The notes under the pieces were generated by a model that was given only the letters and a program-made list of their open reading frames with translations, searched no databases and was not told the DNA's origin. A program made the position numbers and the translations under genes. This document shows, piece after piece, positions 26,201 to 38,610 of a stretch of 64,000 nucleotides of DNA. Position 1 is the stretch's first letter, and every line of letters starts with the position of its first letter. The DNA comes from Eledone cirrhosa (taxonomy: Eukaryota). The stretch lies in the NCBI GenBank assembly GCA_964016885.1, contig OZ024740.1, positions 160,332,001-160,396,000 on the forward strand, given 5' to 3'.

Positions 26201-27281
26201 GTCCAACGTGACCATTTAGGTCGCCTGCAATAATTATATAGTCACTGTCAGATATTTGGGAGGTAGTTAGCAACAGTGTCTCATAGAATCTGTCTTTTAT
26301 AGTGCCGGGCAGTCCGGATTGGGGTGCGTACGCAGATATTACTGTCACCGTAGTTCTATTGAGGACAAGTCGTATTTTAATTATTCTGTCGTTCACTCTA
26401 ATTACGTCTATTATCTTATCTGCCCACTTTTCTGCTACCATGATTCCTACTCCACCCAGCCCATCGTCGTTTCCCACCCAGAAAAGCTTATAACATCGTT
26501 TTTTACCCTCAATGAATCTAGCAGACCCACCCCTCCACCTGGTCTCTTGAATACAACAAACATCGACCTCCTTACGTTCAAGCAATTCTACAACCTCGTT
26601 AGCGCGACCCTTTAGGGTGCCTACATTTATGGTACCAACTCTGAAGTTTTGGATTGCGTTTGGAGGGTGGTGGGGGGCGGGGGGAGATGGGGTTATGTTA
26701 GCCATCCGCGGACGAAACAAAGAGGAGTGCTCGCATTCTCGTCCACGAGGTGAATTTGACTTTAACTTTGGCATTTTCGCTCTGAGCGTCCAGATTTTTC
26801 TCTCCCTTCCACTCTCCAGGATTCCGCAGTCCGTCCATCCATCCATCCATCCATCATATATCGAAGGCAACCGGGCAAGCGATAGTATAGGCCTCTGGCT
26901 TATGATTGGTCCGCGTAATAATAATAATGGTGATGCGTGGGGGGGGGGGCTCTGGCTTATGATTGGTCCACGTATTAAGAATGGGGGAGGGGTGTGGGGG
27001 TAGCTAGCTGGAAGGTTATGAATGTTTAACAAGCGATTAACAAAAAGCAAAACTGCAAGATTTGTTCTGTTCTATACGACAAAAACACCGTATTTAAACC
27101 TTAAATAAATAACAAAAAATACAGATTTCGGATTTTGCGAGATTGGATGTTTGGGCTATGTACGAAATTGAGCGTGGAGTAGATAGAAAAATGTGTACGT
27201 TACGATTACATGGGTACACCGTAGTAGGAATAATTGAAGCAGCGATGGATTGGCGAAAGTGAATAAACATGAAGGAGAACT

Positions 27282-27314
<33 letters not shown>

Positions 27315-27749
27315 AGTTAAGAGAGAGAGAGAAGGGAAGGGGAAGAGAGTGAGAGGGGAAAGGGAAGAGAGAGAGAGAGGGGAAGGGGGAGAGAGAGTGT
27401 GGCTGACCGCAGCCCCCCGTGGAGTAGATGGAGGGTGAAGGGTGTAGAGCGGATTTTTTGACTTTCGAAGTAGCATAATATATATATTTAAAGTAATTTA
27501 TAAGAAGTAGAATGGGAAGGATTTTGTTTTTTGTTTGAGAATACGATAGAATTAAGGAATTGGAGGATACGATAGAATTAAGAATGGGAAGGATTTTGTT
27601 TTTTGTTTGGGAATACGATAGAATTAAGGAATTTAAGGAATTGGAGAATACGATAGAATTAAGGAATTGAGGAGCTGGAAGGTTATGAATGTTTAACAAG
27701 CGATTAACAAAAAGCAAAACTGCAAGATTTGTTCTGTTCAATACGACAA
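23243..27749 (-). mobile_element. Near-full-length RTE-clade LINE with (GAT)n tail and repetitive 5' region
   Basis: (CAT)n at 23243-23262 on the + strand; long APE-RT ORF; TA tracts at both ends. Confidence 0.9.
23598..26704 (-). pseudogene. RTE ORF: APE + RT with PHD-type finger; premature stop 24102-24104 and frameshift ~23844
   Basis: GTINVGTL, CIQETRW, GDLNGHVG, VDYIL, NYRGIKL, FVDLEKAFDRV, GVHQGS, LYADD, FRYLG, HGSETW, GRPRKTW. The start is placed at ATG GCT AAC (inferred). Confidence 0.9.
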
Positions 27750-27974
27750 TATATATATATATATATATATATATAGTAATAACAAAAATGTAATTTATTG
27801 CACTGATTTACAAGCAAACAACGTTGGTAACAAAGTACAGAAAGCTAGAGGTACAGTACTAATACAAATATGGAATAAAATTCATTATTTGTTATATAAA
27901 TTTATATATATGTATGTGGGTTCTTGTGTGTTTGAATACATATATATATACATGTCCAACACCCACATTATATA

Positions 27975-28014
<40 letters not shown>

Positions 28015-28192
28015 ACATAAACAGAGAAAGCCTTCAGCGATAGTCTGACCAACTCCATCTCACTCAACAAACATTAGGATATGCCTAAGTCTTTTCCCAA
28101 TTTAGTGTTTGGGGTGCTAGCTAATCAGTATTACGTGGATAGCTGGTTGTATTATTTTATATGAGACATTATTAAATAAATATCTCTTTCCT

Positions 28193-28316
28193 TCCAGACA
28201 GCCGTTTCGTTATAAGATTTCTACAATTTGGGATAAATAATTTCCAGGTTATGTAGAAACTTGTATATAATCCATAGTTTTATACACAAGCGGGCTCTTA
28301 TAAACTCATCAGTGGA
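28193..28316 (-). ncRNA. Canonical type I hammerhead with long branched stem II
   Basis: TCCA-CTGATGA-GTTTATAAGA...TCTTATAAC-GAAA-CGGCTG-TC-TGGA; GUC cleavage triplet. Confidence 0.85.
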
Positions 28317-28339
28317 TGCTCAAATAATATCGATATAAG

Positions 28340-28407
<68 letters not shown>

Positions 28408-28981
28408 GTGGTTACACAGGTATATATAATCATCATCGTTTTTACATCCTCTTTGCCATGCTCACCACTTCTATCGAAGCCTTCATCAGTCTTCCTCTTG
28501 CAGATGCATATATATATATATGCACATGCATATGTGTGTGTGCATCTGTCTTTCCATGCTTGCATGTGTTTACATGGATCTTTTCTACCACAGTTTCCTC
28601 CACTTCATTATATCCTCTGTAAGGTTCAAGTTCATTGGTCTTTCTCAGTGACTGCTTCCTCCCATTGGCAACTTCTGGTTCTTTTTTAACCAGCGATCAC
28701 CATCCATATGCATTACATGTCCATATGTAATTATCTTTTCAATTAACATATTCAGCATTATCACCTTTATGCTAACCATTAAGACTAAATATGGCTGTAT
28801 GATGTAATGTAACAAAAATAATTGAATTAATGCATTATTTTGTCTTGTTTTTTGGTGAGCAGGGGCATATTTGCTGTAAATAATGGAGGGATTGTTAGTG
28901 CATCAAACAAAATGGTTTCTGTTATTTCTTTCTACTCTTTACATTCTGAGTTTGAATCCCATCGAGGCCAACTACTGTATA

Positions 28982-29080
28982 CAGGCTGTCCTCCAAAAAT
29001 GTATACACTCTTTGATTACCTGTACAGGCAATATTCATTAGAATGCTCTTGAAGTGTGTATACATTTTGGGGGACACACT
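28982..29080. mobile_element. Tiny Tc1/mariner-like MITE following a SINE head (28865-28975)
   Basis: TA-CAGGCTGTCCTCCAAAAATGTATACAC ... GTGTATACATTTTGGGGGACA inverted repeat. Confidence 0.6.
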
Positions 29081-29569
29081 TTCTTTAATATCTCCTATTT
29101 TCCATACAACATGATGCAATTTAAAAGAGATTTAGTAAATATTTTTCACAATTCAAGAAACCCCAGTGAGTTTCCCTCAAAGGTTTAATATCTGTTGATT
29201 GTTTATTTAAAAGATGTATTCCTGAATTCTTATATTCCTTATGTATTCATATATTCTCATATAGAATGGTACTTTCTTACTTTCAATTTTATTTTCTCGT
29301 TTCAGGTAAGTTGCTTTTAATTTGTTAATGAAATTATTAAACGCAGCACAGACAAAATATTCCATACAAGTAAGTAAATATTTGTTACCGTTATTTATAT
29401 ATATAAGAAGTGCACTAGCAGCCGAAGTGCATGAGAAAGTTATATCTGAATAAATACAGAGTGTGTAACCAAGACTGCACCAACATATATACACATATCT
29501 AATATGTGGGAATGTAAAAATGACAGAAAATACGAATTTCTGTGTGAATTGAAAAAAAATGATAAATAT

Positions 29570-29610
29570 CTTTAATCAATTTTCAGATTTAATTAGACCC
29601 TCATCAGAAG
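29570..29610 (-). ncRNA. Minimal type I hammerhead (partly decayed)
   Basis: CTT-CTGATGA-GGGT-CTAATTAA-ATCT-GAAA-ATTGAT-TA-AAG. Confidence 0.65.
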
Positions 29611-29697
29611 TCATTTATATCATCCAATCAACCACAATGAAACATGTATTTGATGGGCATATATACCCATTTGCTCTCAGTTATATATATATATATA

Positions 29698-30046
29698 CTA
29701 GACGACCTGTGAACTGTTGGTTCATGTTCACTTATAAATATTTTTTTTTAAACATGTTCACTTAAAAATAATTTTTAAATAATTAAATTATACATGGACA
29801 TGTCTCTCTTTAAATCTATTCTCTCACAACCACTATCGCTTTCTCTCTATCTTTCTCTCTCTCTATTTATGAAAAAAACCGTATCTTGGGAACGCTTGCT
29901 CCAATTTACGCGAAACTTGTTTTATTCCATTTGTATTCCCATTTGAGAGGTAACTTCCTTTCAAAGTAGTTTCCCATTATGCGCCATTTTGGCTGTATTA
30001 AATAACAGACAAGCACACAATTACCAGAGTTTTAGTAGTATATAGA
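29698..30046 (-). mobile_element. Non-autonomous Helitron-like element
   Basis: 5' TCTATATACTACTAAAA, 3' CTAG, inserted between A and T in a TA tract. Confidence 0.55.
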
Positions 30047-32949
30047 TATATATATATATACCCAAGAAATATATCCAAATGAAATAAGATTATATCAACC
30101 GACTTGCACTATAGAAGCTCAACGGAAATTAGATGCAAAAATATTATAAACACAAAGCATACTCATGCGACACCATTATAGACAAGCATAATTATATTTT
30201 GTAATATTTAGGATCAGGTATTTAAAGGTAAGCAGAACAGACATTTAAAAGATAAATGTAATTTTTGCTTACATTACAATTAGTAAATACCTATATATTT
30301 CTTCTTCTTTTTTTTCCTCACATATATATATATCTCCATTTCTGAATCTCATTTAGAAAGAAAAATGTAAATAATAATAAAGATGAAAATAATCCTTAAG
30401 ATCAAGGGAATAAACCAAGCAAGAATAAAAGACCATCGAGAATTTCAGATTTTATGTATGTCGATGACATTAATTTTATATAATTGAACATGAATTATTC
30501 ACTTAGGTAAAGTGACATTACACTGGTTAACTTGTGTGCATATGTTTATATGTGTGTGTGTATATCAGGTGGCAAATTAACTGATGCATTAGGACATTGG
30601 ATTAAAAATGCCTTGGTATTTGTTATTGCTCACTGTGTACTAAGTTCAAATCCTGTTGAGGTCTGCTTTGCCTTTCATCCTTTCATGGTCGATAAATAGA
30701 TAACAGTCTAGTACTGGTATTTATTTTTTCCTCTATCTTTCTTTATCAGATCCTCTCTCCTCACTCTCTCTCATGGAAAGAATTAGTTACATTCTGACCT
30801 GGAGAGAAAGGGGATCCACCAAGTTTTAAAATGCACAAGCTATGCTGTGTATCAAAATAGTGCCACTTTGAGTAATCAGGTGTTAAGTGCTCTTTATTGT
30901 TATTTTAATGTAAAATAAAAAAAAACTAGCAATATGCTACTAAACTTCTGTCTGAATCTGTATTTCTCTTTGTGTGTCCCCCAATTTTAATGAAAACAGA
31001 CAAATATATCACAAAAAGGTTTTAACTAACATATTCTTAAATCCTTTCCCTTTTGCCTAAAATATGATCTAGTGTATTTCTGGGCCATGAACCTCTAAAA
31101 CCAAAGATACATACTGACAATTAAACACATATGGATACATATGAAAACAGATCACACACACACACACAACACACACATTCATATAAACACAAGTCTCAAA
31201 ACATATACATATTAAAAACACACACCTAATCACAAATGTGCATACATACACATACATTCAACTCATACAACCATACAAACAGGATATATAGACACATATG
31301 TGATATGTAACATTCACAGACACACCTAATATTAAATCTATTCACATAGATAAATAAATATGAAAACAGACTCACACACACCCCATAGTCATATACACAT
31401 ATGAGCAATGCATTGTTCTTGTATTTACTTAGACATATGTGGCTGAATAAGACAGGATATTTGAAAATTTATTTTTGTATAAATGGATGTTATATTCTAC
31501 TTGAAATGCACACACACACCCATATATGTGTGTATATATATATATATATACACACACACATGAATGCATACATACATAGTTGTGTACATCATGTTATAAC
31601 AATTAGGATGTTAAGTGCTGCTGATAACAATAATAAAATAATGCAAACATTAGCTTCCACTACATAACATTTCTCAATTTTCTCAAACAAACTATTTTAA
31701 GTTTATTTACAAAAGTTCCTCCATTTTAGTTCTGTCTCTGTCTGTATTTCAGGATCAAAATAAGTAAATAAAAAAGTGTAGGGATATCTAAGATTAGGGT
31801 TCTCAGTGTTGTTTCATTTCTATTTATAACAAGTACAAAGATGAACAAGTGAGCAAATATTAATTTGTTTGCTCTTGCAGTCAGTTGAATGGAGGATACG
31901 TGAGAAAGCAGAGTGGCCTGAACAAATAATTTCTTGGCCTTTATTATTCAGTGAAATCTAGAATCAAAAGCTAAAATAAACATTGCACTCATGGAGAAAA
32001 GAAAAAGTTTGAAGGAGCTTATATGTGGTCGCTTGGCATGCTAGAAATATCAGCCATATTTCCCAGATCACCCTGAAATTACAGCATAGCCTTAACCTTA
32101 AAATACATACTGCCTAAGGAAAAAAACATTAAAAAGCAGATGATCATGGAATTAAAACCTTTAATCGTAGGTCTTCTAAGTGAGAGCTGATCTGGTGCTA
32201 AACAAGAAAAATTAGTATGACAAGGAAGATTCTAGTTTTAAAATGAGGAGATATTAAACAATATAGTCCTTGATACACAATACCTGCAAAAGAAAAGAAC
32301 ATAAAGAAAAGAAATGGTAATGGTTTGAAATCCTAGGTGTGCTCAATCAGAGATGACCTGGGACTAAATGGCAACAAGAACAACAACAGTTATAACATTG
32401 GCTCTTTATGTGGTCGACCAGCATAAAATAACATAATATATGGTCCACTGCAAAGGTTTTGATTATCAAATTTATAATGCTTAGTCAACCTAATGTAGAA
32501 GACACTAGCACTGTGTCACAGAATCAAATCTAATCCAAAATAACTGTTAAAAAGAAATTTTTGTATTCACACATCTATGCCTGCAATTTAAATCCAATAC
32601 TGAAAAAAAAAATGATGTACCTGAATAATATTAAGTACTATTTCAGATATTTTCTATAAATTAAAATAAAAAAATTTATACAAAATACTATTCCATTGAT
32701 TGGCTTATTTATATACAGTATAGCAATAACAACATTTTCTAAAACACAAAATTGTTCAGTGTCCTTTGGTGCTTTAAGGGTAAATTCCAATTAAACTTTA
32801 CAACAACATATAACTTTTAAATCAGGTTTTCGGCATTTTCTATGACATAGGAAATAAAATATTTATAAAGAACAAGTAGGGCCTGCAGAAATCCTTCATG
32901 TTATAAAAGTTTGTGTTTCAATTTCATATATCATCATAACATTATTTAA

Positions 32950-33200
32950 TTATGTTAACAATTTTGATTATGTCTTTGATTTCATTCCATAGTTAGGATT
33001 GCTTAAAGTGTAACACTAAAACTTGTTTAATTATATTAAATATTTTGATTTCATTCCACAGTTAAAATTGCTTAAAGAGTAACACTCAATATTTTAAATA
33101 TTTTGGTTATGTTTTTCATTTCATTCCATAGTTAGGATTGCTTAAAGTCTAACACACAAACTTGTTTAATTGCGTTAAATATTTTCATTATATCTTCAAT
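32950..33200. repeat. Degenerate ~70-bp tandem repeat (~3 copies)
   Basis: Recurring tttcattcca(t/c)agtta..attgcttaaag. Confidence 0.75.
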
Positions 33201-33280
33201 TTTGTGTAATAGTTGAGGTTGTTATACGTGTAACAATAAAATGTATTTGATAAACAGAATATTACTATTAATTGAGGGCA

Positions 33281-33490
33281 GTGGATTGGCAGTATAGTTA
33301 GTGTCTGACAGCATGCTTTGCAGCATAGAGTTACGTCCCTTTAGGTTCTGAATTCAAATACTGCTAACATTAGCTTTGCCTTTCATCCTTATGGTGTCAA
33401 TAAAATAAATTACCAGTGACGCACTGGTGTCCATTGAGTCAATTTTCCCCTCTCTTAAAATTGTTGGTCTTGAGCTTGAATCAAAAACAT
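33281..33490 (+). mobile_element. tRNA-derived SINE (family A)
   Basis: gtggattggcagtat... ttcaaat ... gcctttcatcc. Confidence 0.75.
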
Positions 33491-34127
33491 TTATTTTACT
33501 GTTTAGTTAGTAAGGGAAGAGCAGAGCCGACAGGCCTATAACTAGGATTTCATGTTCAAGAGGGCCTCAGAACATTTTGGGTGGGCATGTTAATTCCTTA
33601 GAGAGTCTTTTGACCAACCTTTTTGGTTGATTTTTTTTTTCAATTTATTTCTGTTCTTTGTTCTTGTTTTGAGAAGAAAAGTTGATAAAGTGAACATTTC
33701 AAAAGAAGTATTTCAAGATGTTTTTTTTTTATAAAGGGCAATGTCATCCAATATTCTTCGCCTTCCATGTACTTATAACCATTTTCAGGATCTCTGCGAT
33801 TGATTGGAACAAGGGCAGAAGAAACCCTTAAGCTAGAGACCCTTCAAGGGTCAAGAGTTTTAGTTGATCATATATTCATCACTATATATTTCCATTAGGT
33901 GTTTGTTTCATTGAACTCTATTTATTGAAATGGAATTGTTAACAAATATTTTGACAGCTTCTATACACAGTTAAATACATCCACTTTACCATGGGTTGGA
34001 TGGGATTTTGAGGTAGTGTTTTATCACTGGATAGCCTTCCAAACACCAACACTTTCAGTTGTCATTTACAAGATACAGATATATGGTTTATCTATTTTAA
34101 AAAGCAGTATGCACACAATTTGATACA

Positions 34128-37100
34128 GTTATATATATTATATTGTTGTCTACGAAAAACAATAACATCTCGACAACTACACTTCATAAAAGAATGTGCC
34201 TCGTCCCGAGTTTACACCAACACCATCAACACCGATGTAAGAAGATTAGAACTTACCAAAAAGCAAGCAGATAGGCTAAAACGAACACTAATTCTAAACA
34301 TAAAAAAGAAGATTTACAGAGAATTAAGTCATCAAGAAAAACATAAGCGTAACTTAATACAAGAAATAACTAAGATCACCACACCAAGAGAAAAATTAAT
34401 ATTTATAAACCTTATATGTCTTGAAGAAAAGTACATTGTTCAAGAATGTGACAAGCATTTTAACAAGAAATTAAGGTGGCTCAAACAGATGAAACTAGAC
34501 CAAGAAACTTTAGAGAATAGCGATAGATATCATGACAAGATTGACAGTATAAACATGGCCGACATCTCATTAATACATGAATTTAACAACAACAACACAA
34601 ATATATACGGCAACACTACAGTCGACTCTGATGAATTATCGATATTACAGCTACCACCTAAATATGCCACATATAATAAGGTAAATATGATAAAATGCTT
34701 GTCAGAAATAGAAAAATCATTTACAAAATTACGTTGGAGCCTCAAAAACAAAAGTAACAACATACGCACACACACACACACATACAACACACATCCCAAC
34801 AACAACAGACACACAGACACAAACAACGATAACAACAACAAATACATCAACAATAATAGCATACTCAGAAACAACAACAGACACACAGACACAAACAACA
34901 ATAACAACACACAACAATAATAACATACACGGAGACAACAAAAACAACACACATCAACAACAACAACACAGACACATTCTATACCTCTCACCACCACCAC
35001 AATCTTAACAAACACACAGACACAGAAAACAGGTAATGACAGTAACACAGAAGTAGGCGAAGGTAATGGGATTGAAAGGAGAAGGGAGACTATCGATACT
35101 GACAGAGAAAATAACCAGGACGAACACACAGACACACAAAATAGAGTAGATAATAACAATGAGCCAGAGGAAAGAGACAGGAGTAATAATGAGAGACATA
35201 GAAACAACCATGAGGCTGTTGGTGGCAATAGAAATAGAAACAACACAACCAAAAATAACAATAGCTATAGTACACATAAAGCAGCAGCCTGGAACTCTAC
35301 TTTTTATAATTCTTCCGATATGTCCTTCGACCTACGACGAGTCCACGCCACGACTTTAGCTTTTAACAAACGTACGCAATTGCCGTTGCAGGTCGATGAA
35401 CAAACAGAAGCACAATTTAGTATAGCTAGATCTAAACTTAGAAATATTATAGAACAGTATAGCAAGAAGCATAATAGAATGGAAGCCCAGCATCTGGGAG
35501 AAAAATCTGCAAATGGCTTGCGTAAGCTCATGCAGCGCTCGCGTAATGGAGAGATTGCATGCTTTCCAACAGACAAGTCTGGCAGAATGTCGGTTGACAG
35601 TCTGTCAAACTACATCCAGGCAATGCAACCCCACATCACTAACACAAGAGAAGTAACACCACAAGAGCATGAGGATAGGGAAAAAACCCTCAATGCCCAT
35701 ATGATGATGTGGACAAACATAATGCAGCCCAACAAAAGGACTGCCAACAACTTCCAGGCCTGGAACAATGACGTTCCAGCGTTGTATGGGCTTCGAAAAG
35801 ACCATAAAACGAGCAGTGACCCTGTCACAGGACCACCAACACGGCCAGTCTGTGGAGCTAACATTGCTAATAACTACAGACTTTCCTACTTCCTCTCCCT
35901 GATCATACGCCTCATCATTGAAATGTCCCCAGATATATGTGACAGCACGGAGGACCTCCTCAGCAGAATCAGCGAAAGTAACTGATCTAGGGACTTAACA
36001 AACTGTATAATGGGTAGTACGGATGTTGTGTCCCATTGACGTGGATTTTGCTGTGGAGAAATGCGTAGAAATGATCAGTGAGAGCAATGTTGAATTCCGA
36101 GGGATTGATACCAGTGAGCTGGGACTCCTACTTAAACTTACCTATAGTAATGATTATCTAGATACATATGACCTTAGCAACCTGTGCCCTACAAGCCTAG
36201 CAAGAGGCAGACCACCTACCATTACCCCAATGGCCAGGAAAACCCACACAGATAGATGGAACGGGTGGACCCCGGAAAACCGCGATGAACTAAAGAAAAT
36301 GATTGCACATGCGGTGGGGGCCGGTATAAAATTAACCCTTAAGGAACATATGTTCAAATTTAATGGAAAAACATATGCCCAAGAGGAGGGAGCAGCCATT
36401 GGTGTTAGCATTGCAGGTGACATAGCTAACCTAATCATGGTATGGTGGGACAATAGACTTAAACTTAAAGAACAATTAGAAGACAGCAACCTCTTAACCC
36501 TGATAATGTACTCCCGATACGTTTATGATATAAACATCGTAGTAAAAACACCACCACTAGAGAACAGTCAGGAATTAGAGAAAACACCATGGAAAGCATC
36601 CAGCAAATAGCTAATTCCATCCACCAGAGTATTAGAGTTACTATAGACTACCCAAGCAAACACCCCAACCATCGATTACCTGTACTAGACACAGAGCTCT
36701 CGTTAGAAACCATTAATAACAAAAAACAAATCCTCCATTCCCATTATGCCAAACCCATGACTTCCAAATATCTGATCCACCGAAACTCAGCTGTTTCGGA
36801 CCACACCAAAATCAACATACTGATTGCGGATTTGGTACGGGTGATGAGAAACGTGTCCCGCATGTACAACCCCAAAGAACTAGAGAGACACATACAACAC
36901 TTCATCCACCGTATGCAGTTCTCTGGTTAAAATCAGAGTATATAGAGAAGCCAGAACCAAATGGGAAAAAAGGGTAAATAATTGTTTCTTCTTTAGGCAC
37001 AAGGCCAGCAATTATCCAGTGCATTACTGGTACTTTATTTTATCGACCCCGTAAGGATGAAAGGCAAAGTCAACCTCGGCGTAAAAAAAAGGGTAAATAA

Positions 37101-37751
37101 TGATACAAATGGAGCCTGCCCCTTGTATAGGAGCAAATTTTGGAATAGAATAGAAAGAACTAGGAATAAGGTTAATAGAATAAACTCATCGTATGATAGC
37201 AATAAATACCAGAGTGTAATGTTCATCAATACAACCCCTAGAGGTGAATTAGCTTACAAATTTAGAAGGGCCCTAGATAAACATAAACTCAATATTAAGA
37301 TAGTAGAAAGACCAGGTACCTCCATAAAACACTTATTAACAATACATACCCTTTTCAAAGACCTCCCTGTATAGATAAGAAATGTATAACCTGTAAACTA
37401 AGCCCCCATATTAACTGTAAAACTAGAAATGTAGTATATAGCATAAAATGTACTGAAGGACAATGTAGAGATAAGAATATAGTGTACATAGGTGAGACAG
37501 CTCGTAGTATAGGAGAATGGATAAATGAACACTGGCGAGAGCTTCAAGATTGAAAAGAATCATCTGTACTCCACCAACATGCTAAAATAGAACATAAGGG
37601 TAAATTAGAGAACATAGAAATAAAAATAGAATCTACACACAGAAAAGACGCAATGTTTAGACAAATCACAGAGGCTATAAACATAAATGAACTCCAACCA
37701 AAATTAAATAGAAAACATGAATGGAATAGCAACATCACAACTTACAATTAA
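34128..37751 (+). pseudogene. Penelope-like RT + GIY-YIG endonuclease, disrupted
   Basis: PTDKSG, LYGLRKDHK, RPVC, GAAIG, YSRYVYDI (YVDD in the 62333 copy), LPVLD, CIDKKCITC..C linker, VVYSIKC..C..YIGETAR. Several stops and frameshifts plus a SINE insertion. Confidence 0.9.
36983..37084 (-). mobile_element. 5'-truncated SINE (family A) inserted in the Penelope ORF with a 17-bp TSD
   Basis: AAAAAAGGGTAAATAAT at 36966-36982 and 37085-37101; empty site at ~62943-62959. Confidence 0.9.
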
Positions 37752-37939
37752 GGACAAAATGAAAACACACACACACACATAGAACAAACAACCAACCAGT
37801 AACATGTAAATAAACAAATAAAACACACACAGACACCCGGATGTAACACATGCGCAAACTAAGCACACAACATACACAAAAACAAGATGGCGTAGGACAG
37901 AAGAAAGGAGAGGCACAAAAACCAAGAAAAGAATCCACA

Positions 37940-37982
37940 GTCACTGAAGAGGTCACATAATGTGTGACGAAAGAACTTTGAC
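37940..37982 (+). ncRNA. Type I hammerhead in Penelope pLTR
   Basis: GTCA-CTGAAGA-G-GTCACA-TAATG-TGTGAC-GAAA-GAAC-TT-TGAC. Confidence 0.8.
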
Positions 37983-38119
37983 AATATATGAACAACCGTA
38001 CGGTTGTGGAACCAACCAACCAACGGGAAATTTATAAAATTTATTTATCAATTCTTAAATTTATAAATTTATAAATTGATGTATATAAGTATTTATAAGC
38101 TTTCTCATGTTTGTGATGC

Positions 38120-38610
38120 AGAAAAATATCAAATTTTGTGTGAAACTCAGCAAATCTGTCACCAAAACACTTAATTCTTGAACACAAGCTTATGGAGATG
38201 CCACTCTATCGAAAAGTAAGGTTTTTAAGTTGCACAAAGCTTTGAACGATGGCTGAGAAAATGATGAAGAATAATCTCATCAACAAATGAACAAAATGTA
38301 GAAGTGGTGTGAGCAATGATGGTGGATGATTAAGTGTTAGGATGATTGCAGAAGAAACGGGCCTGGATGAAAACATAGTTCACAGAATTTTAACAGATGA
38401 TTTGCACATGAAAGATTTGTGCAAAGGTAATGCCCAAACAATTGTCTGTGAAGCAAAAAGCGAACTGATTGGAAATTTGTCAGGATTTGCTAGAAAGACT
38501 TGAAATCAAGCCAAATTTCTTGGATAAAGTAATAACTGGAGATAAATCATGGGGGTTTGAGTATAATCCAGAGACAAAATGGCAAAGTGAGGAGTGGCAC
38601 ACAAAATTTC
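38120..38610 (+). pseudogene. Mariner transposase N-terminal fragment
   Basis: IKFCVKL, RMIAEETG, VHRILTDDLHM, ITGDKSWGFEYNPETKWQSEEW. Confidence 0.85.

Larger units (their letters stand above)
34128..38080 (+). mobile_element. Near-full-length Penelope-like element with 3' pseudo-LTR
   Basis: RT, Cys-rich linker and GIY-YIG, then a non-coding pLTR (37752-38080) containing a hammerhead. Confidence 0.9.

Noticed and set aside
26690-26760. HDV-like ribozyme before the RTE start (hairpin followed by AUGGCUAA)
   Set aside because: A 10-bp hairpin and a CUAA-like motif are present, but no P1/P2/P3 pseudoknot partners could be assigned.
24214-27003. Plus-strand ORFs overlapping the RTE, and similar antisense ORFs over the other elements
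   Set aside because: Shadow frames of transposon coding sequence.
31860-31910. Possible micro-exon (ttgcag ... gtgaga)
   Set aside because: Splice-like signals alone, with no coding homology or other exons.
33281-33365. tRNA gene
   Set aside because: A/B boxes without a cloverleaf, followed by the SINE body; the same applies to all family A heads.
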